Shown piece after piece: positions 12,226-26,769 of a DNA stretch of 64,000 bases; position 1 is the stretch's first letter; each line of letters begins with the position of its first letter. The translations under genes and the position numbers were made by a program. The DNA comes from the human T2T-CHM13v2.0 reference genome, Homo sapiens. The DNA lies in NCBI RefSeq assembly GCF_009914755.1, contig NC_060940.1; one strand, 5' to 3'. Below the pieces are notes generated by a model, which worked only from the letters and a program-made list of their open reading frames with translations, did no database searches and was not told the DNA's origin.

Positions 12226-15200
12226 AGTGTTTTTTTAATTGTTTGGGCAATAAATTTTGTCCCCCTTGTCCTATGTACATTTTTTCATCATGAGGAATTA
12301 GGAACAATGTCCACTCTAGCTTCTTCCGTTTGACTAGGGGTAAAGGTCTGAATGTGAGAAATGAAATTGCTTCATATTAAGTTGAAGATATTCACTAACA
12401 TCTGATTTAACATTCAAAATTTTATAAAATTTACAAAAGTCTGCTGGTTCTAATGTGTGCTGTCAGTCATAATTCTGGTTATTATCTTCAAATGCTGCAT
12501 ATAATAAAAAACACATTTGTTGCCAGTTGAGGACTTTCATCATAATCATGGTTATTCTAAGTTTTTGTAATCAGAGTTACTCTTGAATTCTTCTCTAAAA
12601 GCAATTGCAATAATCGATAATTCAAATTACTTTTCATGAAAAGGATTTTGATGAGTGCTCTTAAATACAAGTCTGATAACTTTGGAGATTATACCATTGG
12701 ACTAGAAAAAACCTTCTAGGACTCTATGGTAAAAAGATTTTACATCACTAGGGCATTGCTTTTGAAAAACAGTTTTGACATAGCATTGGAAGCAGCATTA
12801 CCAGATTACCAGATATACAACAATGAATATTAATAATAGATAAAATTCCTATTTTACTATGCCCTGGAGCATAGATCAAATTCTGTGTGTGGGTCAAGGA
12901 AAATAAATGTGAGAACCAGATGGTACCTCCTTCTTCTCTAAGAGTTTGTTGTAACCAATAAGCTTGTCTTTTTGTTTCTAAATGTCTTTTACCTTCAGAA
13001 CATATATTGATGTAAACACAACATGATGTGTTAGCTATAATAATATACAAACGCCTCTCTGCTCCACCAATATGTGGTCTAAGGATATTCTGTTATCCAG
13101 GATTACTCTGCCTAAAAAGTCTAAAGTTTTTGTTGGTTAGCTAAGGCTTCAGTTGCTTCATTCTCTAAGTTATCTAGAGTGATTGACAGATTTCTAACCA
13201 TATATTCATAAGGGACTACTCCCCACCATGATGATAGATAACTGCCAAACATAGGCCAAAGTCTGTTTTCTGGTAGGGTTCATCTAGTCCTGAAAAATGA
13301 ATCTTAGGAACTAGTTCAGTAATGAGTAACACTGGAACTATAAATAGAAATGGGAGTAGCCAGATAACCTAATAGACAAATATCTCTAATGTGCCAGCTG
13401 TCAACACATTCCCAAGCCAATGAGTGGTTGACATATTGACAAACAATTGTATATGCAGGAGGTGCATATAAAGTCCCTGACACTTTCTGAAAGTTACGTA
13501 TTTGGTTTACTGGTAACAGAGACAGGTGTGTTACAGTTTTCTTTCAAAACGTAATTTCTGTGTCTCTGATTCCCCATTTTTACCAAAGAAAAATCATAGT
13601 ATGATAAATTTGTGTGCAAAATAGTCTTCACACAAAAAGTTCATTTCTTTTACTGCTTCCTCTTTTCCACTTAATATTGGATCAGCAATCCTCATGCAGC
13701 TTTTTACCATAGAGTCCTGGAAGGTTTTTCTAGTCCAATGGTATAATTTCCAAAGTTATCAGACTTGAATTTTAGAGCACTCATCAAAATCCTTTTCATG
13801 AAAAGTAATTTGAATTATAGATTATTGCAATTGTTTTTGGAGAAGAATTTAAAAGAGTAACTCTGATTACAAAAACTTACAATAGCCACGATTAAATTCT
13901 GATGAAAGTCTTCAATTGGCAAGAAATGTGTTATTATATGCAGCATTTGAAGATAATAACCAGAATTATGAATGACAGCATCACACTAGAACCAGCAGAC
14001 TTTTGTAAATTTTATAAAATCCTTGGAATAGTTAGACTAATAATATATCTATACAAATATAACTTTAGAAAAGATTTAACATAGTTAAAAGTATGACCAA
14101 TACCACATGGATTTTTATAAATTTTTATCATTTTTGGAAAATTTATATCAATAACATATCCATAAATGTAAGAAGATCAATGTTATTTATGATTCGATAA
14201 TGCCTTCCATACAGTTTTCCAAATGTCTTACTGAAGATGCCGAAGGTTCAAAACACTTGATCAAAACAAAATCATTGGTCATTTTAAAATAAGTTATTCA
14301 TTTAGCTAGAGTGATAATCAAAAGACCTCAAAAGCAATACAGAAAGTTTCACCAGTATAAAAACCTTAACACTGTTACTGCCCAGTTTTCACAACCAATC
14401 AGAAAAAAAAATAAAGACAACACAGGATTATCTTGATAAAATGTAAAATCTTTATTTTTAGGCCAGTAATCAAAAAGGTAAAGAAAAACCTCCTGTAGTG
14501 TGATTACTTCTTTTTGTATAATGTTTATTTAGATAACTTGGAAGCCAAACCTGATAAAAAGGGTATGTGCATTTAATTACACACAAGAAGAATGTGTCCA
14601 GGGTCATGTGAGAATGTTGTATTATAGAGAAAGGTGAACAAGAAAACTAGTACCTTGAGCAGGGAGACACATTACTCCTAATGACCATGTGGAAAGTTTC
14701 CTGGCAACATGAAACAGTTCATATCAAAAAGCAAAAGTACAAAACAACATTACATTTGAGGAAAATATTGCTTTAAAATAAATATTATAGTGTTATGCCA
14801 TAACAGGAGAATTAGAACTAGGGGAAAAATGTTACAGGAGCTGATAAAAAAGTTGAAGGAACTTCAAAGTTGAAGGAAAGGGGCATCATCCCAGCCTAGC
14901 AAAAAGATACGTCTTTTCAAGGGAAAAAGGAATAGAAGGCAATGATGTCATCTGCAAATCATACATGTATCAAGGTACAGAAAAAGTAGAAATTCTGAGA
15001 TATAAATCTGAGAATTAAAAAAAAATTTCAGAATTAAAAGTCAATATTTCTTGCAGTCTCATTGAGAGCAAATCAATAAGAAAGCCCTGATTGAATCAAA
15101 ATTTTTAATTTTGTATTAGTGTATTTTAAACATTACAGCTAATTTTAAGAAAATCATATAAACAAATCTGTTCAATTTCAAACAGTTTTGACTGCAAGGT

Positions 15201-15431
15201 AAGATTTCCATAAACATTTATAACTTCTTACAATTTTTTATTTTCTTTTCCAAGTTTGTACATCCATTCAGATTTACCTATCATTTGTATTTTCTCAAAA
15301 ACCATATCCTCACGTCTTCTTGTAACTTTCTTACCAAAAACAAATCCTAATTTTCTTTTACATTTTACATACAGAATTGTTTCTTTTGTATCTAGGTGTT
15401 CCAATTCTATATATTAATTAGAATAATAATA

Positions 15432-15706
15432 TTTTTTGAGACAGTCTCCCTTGGCGTGATCTCGGCTCAGTGCAACTTCCACCTCCTGGGTTCAAGTCAT
15501 TCTCCTACATCAACCTCTCCAGTAGCTGGGATTACAGATGTGCACAACTGCATCTGCCTATTTATTTTTATTTATTTATTTATTTTTAGTAGAGACCAGT
15601 ATTTGCCATGTTGGCCAGGCTGGTCTTGAACTCCTGACTTCACATGATCCACCTGCCTCGGCCTCTGGAAGTGCTGGGACTACAAGCTTGAGCTACTGCG
15701 CCTGAC
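15432..15706 (-). mobile_element. AluS with a small right-arm deletion
   Basis: Reverse-strand Alu dimer; expanded (TTTA)n middle linker. Confidence 0.9.
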
Positions 15707-15790
15707 TTAGGATATTAAATCTTAATAATCTTAAATTTTATTGAAAACCTAGGAAGTAAGAAACCTTAAATTGCCTGTATTTTACAGTCA

Positions 15791-15870
15791 AATATATATA
15801 TATGTGTGTGTGTGTATGTGTGTGTATATATGTGTATATATGTGCATATATATGCACAAATAAATATATG
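15791..15870. repeat. (TA)n/(TG)n compound microsatellite
   Basis: ATATATATATATGTGTGTGTGTGTATGTGTGTGTATATATGTG. Confidence 0.8.
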
Positions 15871-15954
15871 AGTATTTTACAGATGGGAAACATTTTATAA
15901 TTTTTAGGAACATATTTTCTAATAAGATCAGTTTTCTCTCCTTTAATACACATA

Positions 15955-17303
<1,349 letters not shown>

Positions 17304-17829
17304 CTATTTGGGTCTGGGAACTGAACCTAGCATTTGGGCCTCTGTGCTATGTCTGTCCCACAGACTATGGCCAAGCAATGGATGAAAGGAGTATGCAGAG
17401 ACAGGTATTTTACCTGACAGCATGGCTAGGGGATTGCACTGCTCAGCACCGCTGATGAGAGCACAGCAGCCGATGAGAGTGCAGCCCCCTTAAGCTGGCC
17501 CTGCTCACATTTATTTAGAACAGATTTAATGACAAAGGCTTGGAGCAAACACAATTTGTGGGTAATAAACATTGTCGACCCTCCGAGTGGAGAGCAGTCC
17601 TGTGTGCGAATGATCAAAAGTTGGCTTCTGGAGACAGGAGTAAACAAATTTATCTAGATAAGTTCCTTTATATTCCCTTGTTATCTACCCTTTGTTCTCA
17701 GTCTCTGAATAAGAGACTGAGCTTTTACAAAACCTCCTAGCCTTCCAAGAAGGCTTGCATCTTTCCCTATAACTTTTTCTTATAACTCTTCCTACCACAC
17801 TAACTGAACTCCTATATCTCCCCCTTTTC

Positions 17830-18497
17830 TGTGTTTTGCATCAGGTTTTGTTGATTGAAGAGTACAAATGTATACAGCAACAGGTTTGTCTGGCTTAGCT
17901 GTCATTGCTCATATTCTGGCTTTGAATCTTAGAATTAGTAAATAACATAAGACAAACATGAGTATAATTAGTAATATTATTTTCCAAAAAAGGAGTAACC
18001 CCCCAGGGGTGGGAGTCTATCCAGGAGACATGTTCTCACACATCTTTCCATATGGCTGTTTGTTGGGTGTGTAGATCTATGGTGTTTAGGAACTCTAGAA
18101 TTTTAGTTTTAAGTTGTTTTATGTCCACTGTTAAATTACCATGTAAAGTTCCACAGAGGTGTTGCTTCACCTCATCCCAACTGTGTATTGATTTATTCCA
18201 AGGTAGAGAGGTGACACAGATATGCTTATGCTCCCCGTCAGAGTTTAATTGCTGTCTGAAAGCCAGTGCATCTTGCTGCCCACCTACATATTCCAAGGCA
18301 GCCTCAAGGGCTTGCAGGCATGCAAGAATCTTTTGATTTATACCCTGCTGTAAGAGAAGTTCATTGGATACATTTTTTTGGCCAAGTTATCTACAAAGCT
18401 AGCTGTTTGTGCTGATTCAGTAATGGTAGCCACAACAACACTAGCAGTTGCTAAGATGACTGAAAATGACTATGGCTGAGACTATAAAGGTTGTTAA
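17830..18497 (-). pseudogene. env: HML-5 env transmembrane subunit remnant
   Basis: LEYVGGQQDALAFRQQLNSDGEHKHICVTSLPWN...WDEVKQHL resembles betaretroviral TM (degenerate CX7C loop); upstream fusion-peptide-like FIVSAIVI..ATASVVVA. Confidence 0.85.
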
Positions 18498-18649
18498 GTT
18501 TGCCTTCTTCTGGGAACAATGGGTTATGGGAAACAACAGTTTGCATTAGGTCCCTTAATTGAGCCTGTGAAACTGAGGCTCCACTAGCTTTAAGCAGTTG
18601 TTTCAATACTTTTATATACTGTTGCTTTTGAGCTGATAACTTGTCCCAT
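18498..18649 (-). pseudogene. gag: HML-5 gag matrix N-terminus remnant
   Basis: ATGGGACAA (MGQ) at 18649, then a frameshift into LSAQKQQYIKVLKQLLKASGASVSQAQLRDLMQTVVSHNPLFPEEG (betaretroviral MA, cf. PWFPEEG). Confidence 0.85.
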
Positions 18650-19689
18650 GATGAAATGATAGCCTGAACAATTTCTTGAACTTGGAAATCCCGAGTGGGC
18701 AACAATGCCTTACTGAATGCAAAGTCTCTTCACCTTCATTTTTCAGGGTTTCTTAATGATCTGTTGCAGGGTTCCTCACATGTGGCATCCCCCACATGCG
18801 GCACCCCCTGCTGAGTCTGTCCTGCAAACTCTGGGTGAGCAACGGATGAAAGGAGTATGCAGACACAGGTATTTTACCTGACAGTGTGGCTATGGGATTG
18901 CACCGCTCAGAACCACCGACCAGAGTGCAGCAGCCAATGAGAGTGCAGCCCCCATGAGCAGGCCCTGCTTGCATTTATTTAGTACAGATTTAATGACAAA
19001 GGCTTGGAGCAAAAACAACTTGTGGGTAATAAACATTGTCACTCCCCAAGTAGAGAACAGTCCTGCATGTGAATGACCAAAAGTTGGTTTCTGGAGACAG
19101 GAGTAAACAAATTCATCTAGATAAGTTCCTTTACATTCCCTTGTTATCTGCCCTTTGCTCTCAGTCTCCAGATAAGAAAATTTGCCTGCCTTATCCAAAT
19201 TCTCTTTCAAAGCTTTTGCAAAACCTCCCAGCCTTCCAAGAAGGTTTGCATCTTTCCTTATAACTTTTTCTTACAACTTTTTCCACAACCCTGACTGAAC
19301 TTCTACACCCCTGATGCTGGGTTCCCAGCTTCCTCCCTCTTCAACCTCACTGTCTTCCTTGCCTCTCCATCCACTCTTGGTGTTTTTTCTCTGAAGATCT
19401 GCTCAAATCGTTAATATTTTTGTGTCTCCTGGTGGAAGTGGCATTTCCTGGCTTCATCTAGTTGGTCATCTTGTCTACACTCTATATTGTTTAATTATTT
19501 TATTATAACAAAGCCAAAAATATTTTCAATTAATTTTATATTTTTCAAATGCAGAAATTATATCTATATGTCTTTTAAAATGTTTACATTTATTTAACAT
19601 ACTTTCTAATTTACTTTCTTCAATTGGTCATAATTGCCTTCTAATAATCATGAAGCTTTATATATTTTTCTCCTTTAATTTTTAGTAGA

Positions 19690-19912
19690 AAACTAAAAAT
19701 TGTATGTATTTTATGTACATGATATTTTCAAATATGTACATACGTACAGTTGAGAATCCGACTGAAATTTTGTTTACTTTGACTATTATTTCCCCATCCC
19801 CTGGTAACCACTATACTACTCTGTTCCCATGAGTTCAACATTTTTAGATTCCACATATAAGTGAAATCATGCAGCATTTGTCTTTCTGTGCCTAGCTTAT
19901 TTCACTTAACCA
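19690..19912 (-). mobile_element. L1MA 3'UTR fragment
   Basis: TTTTTAGATTCCACATATAAGTGAAATCATGCAGCATTTGTCTTTCTGTGCCTAGCTTATTTCACTTAAC. Confidence 0.8.
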
Positions 19913-19919
19913 ATGTTAA

Positions 19920-21687
19920 GATAGCAGTGTTTGGTTTATAAGGTTTAGGAAAAAAGCTGTCTTCATAACAAAAGTGCAAGATAAAGCAGCAAGTGCTGAT
20001 ATAGAAGATGCAGCCAGTTATCCAGAAGATAATTGATGAAAGTGGCTACACTAAATAACAGATTTTTATTGTAGACAAAACAGCCTTAAATTTGAAAAAG
20101 ATGCCATCCAGGACTTTCATAGCTAGAAGTGAGAAGTCAATGCCTGACTACAATGCTTCAAGGAGCAGGCTACCTCTCTTGTTAGGGACTAATGCAGCTG
20201 GTGACTTTAAGTTGAAGCCAACACTTAATTACCATTTTGAAAATCCTATGGCCCTTGAGAATTATGCTAAACTTACTCTGCCTGGGCTCTATAAATTAAA
20301 CAAAGCCTGTAACCAGATGTCAGCGCATCAGGTTACAATAACAATTACAACGATTTTAAGCCCACTCTTGAGACCTACCACTCAGAAATAAAGTTGTCTT
20401 TAAAAATACTACTTCTCCAATAAGAACACATGGATGCAGGAAGGGGAACATCACACTCTGGGGACTGTTGTGGGGTGGGGGCAGGGGGGAGGGATAGCAT
20501 TAGGAGATATACCTAATGCTAAATGACGAGTTAATGGGTGCAGCACACCAGCATGGCACATGTATACATATGTAACTAACCTGCACATTGTGCACATGTA
20601 CCCTAAAACTTAAAGTATAATAATAATAATAAAAAAATTACTTCTCATCAATAATGCCCCTTGTCATCCAAGAGCACTGATGGAGATGTACATCCTTCAG
20701 TTTAATGTTGTTTTCATGCCTGCTAAAACAACATCGACTCTGCAGTCTATGAATAAAAAAGTAATTTTGACTTTCAAGTCTCATTAATAATAAAATACTT
20801 TTTGTAAGGCTACAATAGACATAAATAGCAATTCTTCCGATGGAGGTGGGCAAATTAAATGGAAAACATCTGGAAAGAATTCACCATTCTATGTACCATT
20901 AAGAACATTGATGATTCATGAGAGGAGGTCAATAGGAGTTTGGAAGCAGTTGCTTTTAGTCCTTATGAATGAGTTTTAGGGGCTCAATGCTTTAGTGGAG
21001 GCAGACATGGCAGAACTAGCAAGACACCTATAATTAGGAAGAAACCCTGAACATGTGACTACATTGCTGCAATCTCATGATAAAACTTAAAGAGATTACT
21101 TCTTATGGATGGGCAAAAAAAGTGGTTTCTTGAGATGGAATCTACTTCTAGTAAAGACACTATGATTATTTTTAAAATGAAAACAAAAGATTTATAATAT
21201 TATGTAAACGTAATAAAGCAGTGGCAGGGTTTGGGAGTACTGACTTCAGTTTTAAAAGATGTTCTACTGTGGGTCAAATGCTATCAAAGAGAATCACATG
21301 CTGAAGGAAAATCTTTGTGAAGAAACAGTCGATTTTGTGGCACACTGTATTGCTATTTTATTTTGAGAAATTGCCAAAGCTGCTCCATCCCTGAGCAACC
21401 ACCACACTGATCAATCAGTAGCCATCAGCACTGAGGCAGGACCCGCCACCAGCAAAAGTATTACAACATACTCAAAACTGAGATGACTGTTTGCATTTTA
21501 GTAATACAGTATTTTTAAATTAAAGTACATACCATATTTTTAGGCATAATCAAAGGGCACACTTCATAGACTGCATTATATTATAAACATACTTCCCAGT
21601 GCATATTTATGTAACTGGCATTATTGTGGTATTTGCTTTATGGTGGTGGTCTAGAACCAAACCTGAAATATCTCTGAGATTTACTTG
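19920..21687 (+). mobile_element. Tigger1 DNA transposon (5'-truncated, decayed transposase), interrupted by an L1PA
   Basis: MPSRTFIARSEKSMP...LLLGTNAAGDFKLKP matches the Tigger1 pogo-type DDE transposase; right TIR AATATCTCTGAGATTTACTTG followed by TA. Confidence 0.9.
20418..20632 (+). mobile_element. Very short 5'-truncated L1PA3-like insertion (3'UTR only)
   Basis: Young L1 3'UTR with (TAA)n tail; TSD AAAAATACTACTTCTC / AAAAATTACTTCTC. Confidence 0.9.
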
Positions 21688-21689
21688 TA

Positions 21690-23800
21690 ATTAAATGCAA
21701 AATTAATAGCTATAAAAGTCCTAGAAGTAAGCATACATAAGGCCTATTTGATTATGGGTTAAATTTTTAGACAAAACAAAGGCACAATTCATGAAAGAAA
21801 AATTTGATAAGAAGTACCTTATTACAAAAAAAAATACTGCTTACAAAATAATACAATACACAGATTGAAAGAAAATTCTAACATAGCACAAATCTGAAAA
21901 AAAAGAAATTGTGTATATAACATACAAGGAACTCATAAAATCCAGCAAGAAAAAAAAGCCGAATTCTTAAAAATGAGTGACTAACTGAGCAAACACCTTA
22001 TCAAATAATATATGGAGAAGGCAAATAAGCACACAGAAATGCTCAACAGTCTTTGTCATTGAGAAAAAAAAATTAACACAGGGATATGATACTAATACAC
22101 ACTTATTGGATGACAATTTTTTAAATAACAAGAACAATTACTGGCAAGCACGTGGAACAACTGTACCTCTCATTCATTGCTGGTGGGAATTCATAAGGGT
22201 ACAATCATTTGGGAAGATATTTTTATACTTTTACCATATACTCCACCAATTTCACTCCCAGGTATCTAGCCAACTGATTTAAAAACTTTTCTATACAGAA
22301 ATGATGATCAAAATATTTCCAGTAGTTTTATTTTTAATGGCAGAAAAGTTGAACAAACCAATATATCTTTCACTACTTTTATGGATAAACAAATTATGGT
22401 CCATTCCTTCAATGTCATTTTAGTACCCAATTCAAGGAATAGGTCATTAAGCCAAAAAAAGTACACAGATTAATCTTGAATATACAGAAGTCTCTTCTAA
22501 ATGACAGTTTAAAATGTATCACACCTTATCATTCTGTTAATATGACATCCTGGAATAGACAAAACAGCAGAGATGTTGAAGAGATCAGTGATTGCCGTTG
22601 GAACATGGGTTGGTGGGTTAATAGATAAAGCATCCTATACAGGGCTTTAATGGTTTATTGTTGCCACTGTGCATTTTTCAAAATGCAGAGAATTTTACAG
22701 CAAAAATAGTACATTTTATGTATGCAATTTAAGAGAAATAATTTAGAAGGTAAGGTTGTTTCAACATGAATAAGGAATGTCACAAAAATCATTTAACTGT
22801 ATTACAAATGTATGAAACAAACATTACAGGTAGCGGGGGAAAGATTTATTTTTGGAAATAAGTGGAATTTATAAGTCTAAATGCAAAGAGAACTGGGCAT
22901 AAACAATGGACATTAATGATGAAATTCTTTCTGTGGGGTACTAGTTAACAATTCAAAGACCAGTGTACCTATACACTGGAAGTGTACAATTATACCCAGA
23001 TTAAGAAAAACTCTTAAAACAGGAAATACAAAAGGAAATATTTACCAGGAGGAGGAAGCCTCTTGGAGAATACCAGATAATTCATACTGGGAGAATTATT
23101 CCATAAAATAAACTTGAAGAAAATTTTACTCATAGAGAAACATTTGTAGAACATGCAAGAATTTACTCTTTATAAATAATCCTATGAGAAATACATGAAG
23201 GGAAGACTTCCATAATGTCTCATTACCTACTCAACATGAACATTCTCACAATGAGGAGATTCCCAGGCTTACAGTCAATGTGGAAAAGCCTTCTTTTAGA
23301 GCTCACATTAGAAAACTCAGGTATATTATTTAAGTATTAATCGAAGGAAAGCAGGAGTGGCTAATCTAAGATCATATAATGTAGACTTCAAAGCAAACAA
23401 AATTACCAGAAACTTAAAAGTATATGATATAATGATAAAATAATCAATCTCTCTAGAAGATATAATAATCTGTTTATGCACCAAACAACATAGCTGCAAA
23501 ATTAGGAAAGAAATAAAGTGACCATACTGAAAGGAGAATTGGATAAATACTACTCAGCAATAAAAAGGAATACATATTGATACACAAAAACAACTTGGAA
23601 AAATCTTCAAGGAGTTATGCTGAACGGGAAGTAAAGTCAATCACAAAATTTTATATACTTCGCTGGAAAGATAAAATTATGAAAATAGAGAAGAACTTGT
23701 TGGCAAAATATTCAGAGTGGAGTGAGTATGGTGGCAGCAGGGGAGTGGGCTTGCTTATAACAGGACAAGAGGAGATATTCTAGTGCTAGAACTGCTCAGT
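21690..23800 (+). mobile_element. Ancient L1MC/L1ME ORF2 and 3' fragments (mosaic)
   Basis: CTCATTCATTGCTGGTGGGAAT; TACTACTCAGCAATAAAAAGGAAT; A-rich L1 text. Confidence 0.65.
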
Positions 23801-23814
23801 ATCTGAGTAATATC

Positions 23815-26760
23815 TGCAAGATGGCAAAGGTGGTATCTCTGTACCATTGTCCCTCTGCCAAACACACTGATTAACAAGAATTTACCCTCAAATTTTATTG
23901 CTGAGAAATTTTAAATTAATTGAAATACTTCTGCACCCTGGGAGAACACAAAGCCAGCCTGACCAAAGCCACAGTGGGTATTTGAGACACCCTTTCTTTG
24001 GATACACTACCCCTTGTGTAGTGTCATGTGATCAGAAAAAGACCCCTTAGCTCCCAAATTCACTCAGGTGAGGGAGGGGATTGACTCACAAATTCATATT
24101 TCAAACTTTTAAGGGAGCTCTCGTCAGAACTTGCTTTTTTTTCTTGCCAGGGTAGGAACGCTGAATGTTCTGGCACAATCTATCTTGCTGCAAGGGAACA
24201 GAAGCTATAGAGTACACCAGCATATGACATTGATTCTGCCCCTCTGCTCAGCCCAGAGTGATTGGATAAAAAATATTAGCTATCAACATCCCTATGAGGA
24301 GGAAAAACCTTGATTCATGCATCTAGCACCCCAAGTTTTCTGGTGCTTTTCAAAGAAATAGCATGTGTCTCATCAGTCCTAAAGCACTGATGGATCTGGC
24401 ACCATCTCACTGTCCAGGAAAGAACAGAGATGGTGGCTTGGGCTAGTAGACACAGTTCATCTTTCCCTCTTCCCAGCGGAGTCTGAGAATGATAAATTGC
24501 AACTCTGAGCATCCCTCTGGGAAAGGAAAGAGTTGATTCATGCATGCAAGTGCCCCAGATTTTCTAGGGCTGCCCAATGAACCACATTTGTCTCATAAGT
24601 CTTTAAACTCTGATGGACCTGGCACAGACAAGCTACCTGAAGGAGAAAGGAGAGGGCAACTTGGGCTAGTAGCTAACATATCTTTCCCCCTCCCACCAAG
24701 TATAGAGCAAAAGTATGAAAATCACAGCTTTTTGTGCCTCTTTGATGATAGAGTTGTTAGTAGCCCTCAGAGTTTCTGACATCATGATTGGTGGGAGTCT
24801 ACCATATAAGGCCAATTTACAAAGACTCGGAGAGGTGCCTGCCTTGTCTAATGTACAGACACCAACACAAAGTCAATGAAAATAAAGGACTAGGCAAAGA
24901 TGTTCCAAAAAAAGAATAAGGTAAATGTCCAGAAACACTCTTGATGAAATGGAGTTATATGAGAGAATTACAAATAACTTCCATAAAGATGCCCACTGAG
25001 TTCAACAGTACAATACATGAACAAGGTGAAAGTTTTAAAAAGCAATATAAAATATTTTAAAAGTACCAAAGAGAAATAGTGAGATAGAAGAACACAATAA
25101 CTGAATTTAAAGATTCACTAGATGATTTTAACAGCAAACTAGATCAAGCAGAAGAGGGCTCAGCATACTTGAAGACAGGTCATTGGAAATAATTTGTCAC
25201 AGCAGCAAAAAGAAAAAAACATAAGAGCATGAAGAAGGTTTAAGAGTACAGCGAAACATTATCAAGTACACCAAAATACACAGTATACATACCTTAGAAG
25301 GAGAAGAATAACAAAAGAAAACCAGAAAGCTTGTTTATAGAAATAATGTCTGAAAACTTCCCAAATCTTGGGAAAGTAATGGATATCGACATCCAAGAAG
25401 TCCAAGGATCTCAATAAGATGAACCAAAAAAACCACACTGAGACTCTCTATAATCAAATTGTCAAAAGTCAAAAACAAAGAGAGAATCTTAAAAACAGCA
25501 AGAGAAATATGGCTTACCACATATAAGGGAAGGATCATACAACTACAAGTAGATTTTTCAGCAGAAAGCTTGTACATCAGAAAGCCCTGAGATGATACCT
25601 TTAAGTGCTGAAAGAAAAAAAAACCTGCTAATAAAAAATATCATACCTAGAAAAACTCTGCCTCGGAAGTTGAGGAGAGATAAAAATTATCCGAGATAAA
25701 TAAAAGCTGAAGGAATTTGTCACCTCTAGACCTTACTTACAAAAAATACTAAGGAGTTATTCAAGTTGAAACAACCAAGTAAAATACTCTAAATAACATG
25801 AGAAATCATGAAACTTATTGGTAAAAGTAAATATATAGACAAAGGTAGAATACTGTATTACTGTAATGTTGGAGGGTACATCACTTTGGATTGTAGTATT
25901 AAAGTTAAACATAAAATTATTAAAATAACAACCACTAAAATATTTTCAAGAATAAACAATTGAATAAATATCTCAACAAACTGGATAACCCAAAAGAGAT
26001 GAAAAAATTCCCAAAAATGTACAATCCATAAAGCAAATCAAGAGGAAATAGAATGTTTGCACAGCCTTCTGACAAGTATACAGACAGAATCAATAATCAA
26101 AAGTCTCAGAGAAATAAAAAAAGTCCAGGACCAGGTGACTTCACCAGTGAACCCTACCAAATATTAAAAGATGAATTAACACCAATCTTTCTCAAAGTTT
26201 TCAAAGAAATTGTATAGCAGGAAGCATTTCAAAACTAATTTTGAGGTCAGCATTACCCTGATACTGAAGCCAAAGGCACCGCAAGAAAAGAACACTACAG
26301 GTCAATATCCCTGAAGAACATAGAGGCAAAAATTCCTAAAAAAATGCCACAATACCAAATATAAGAAACATATTAAAAATATTACATTATAACAAAGTGG
26401 GAATGCTAAGATGAAAGAATGATTCAGCATATAAAATTCAATACTTGTTACACATAACATTAAAGGAATAGAGAATAGAAAGGACATGATCATCTCAACA
26501 GATGCAGAAAAAGCATTTGATAAAATTCAACATCCTTTCATGATAAAAACTCTCAAAAACTAGCAACAGAGAAAATTACCTCAACATATTAAAGACCATA
26601 AATGAATAATTTGCATATCATAGTCAGTGGTAAAAAGTAAAATTTTTTCTCTAATATTAGAAATAAGGCAAGGTTGCCAATCTCAACTTTTATTCAACAA
26701 TGCACATAACACTTTTATTCAACATAGATTTAGCCAGAGCAATTAGGCAACAGAAAGAAA
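23815..26760 (+). mobile_element. Old L1M 5' portion: 5'UTR, decayed ORF1 (~24880-25780) and ORF2 fragment (~25970-26760) lacking the endonuclease region
   Basis: Starts CAAGATGGC; ORF1-like GAAAACTTCCCAAATCTTGGG and AGAGAGAATCTTAAAAACAGCAAGAGAAA; ORF2-like AGATGCAGAAAAAGCATTTGATAAAATTCAACATCC. Confidence 0.75.
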
Positions 26761-26769
26761 GGCAGATGA

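Larger units (their letters stand above)
12400..15950. mobile_element. MER4-group ERV1 internal sequence, rearranged (mostly minus strand, one inverted segment), interrupted by an Alu
   Basis: AT-rich non-coding ERV1 internal motifs (AGGTTCAAAACACTTGATCAAAA, TTTAGATAACTTGGAAGCCAAACCTGAT), homologous to 53390-55450 in this window. Confidence 0.7.
17345..19307 (-). mobile_element. HERV-K(HML-5)/HERVK22 provirus with two LTR22 LTRs and a large internal deletion
   Basis: Direct-repeat LTRs at 17345-17816 and 18809-19307; polypurine tract AAAAGGGGGAGA at 17817-17828; PBS-like motif 18773-18808; 6-bp TSD CCTCTG/CCCCTG; betaretroviral gag and env peptides inside. Confidence 0.9.

Noticed and set aside
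20092-20391. TIGD1-like domesticated transposase gene
   Set aside because: Short piece of a decayed Tigger1 with stops, frameshifts and an L1 insertion
26686-26724. 14-bp direct repeat ACTTTTATTCAACA
   Set aside because: Small duplication at a deletion junction in an old L1; no sign of function
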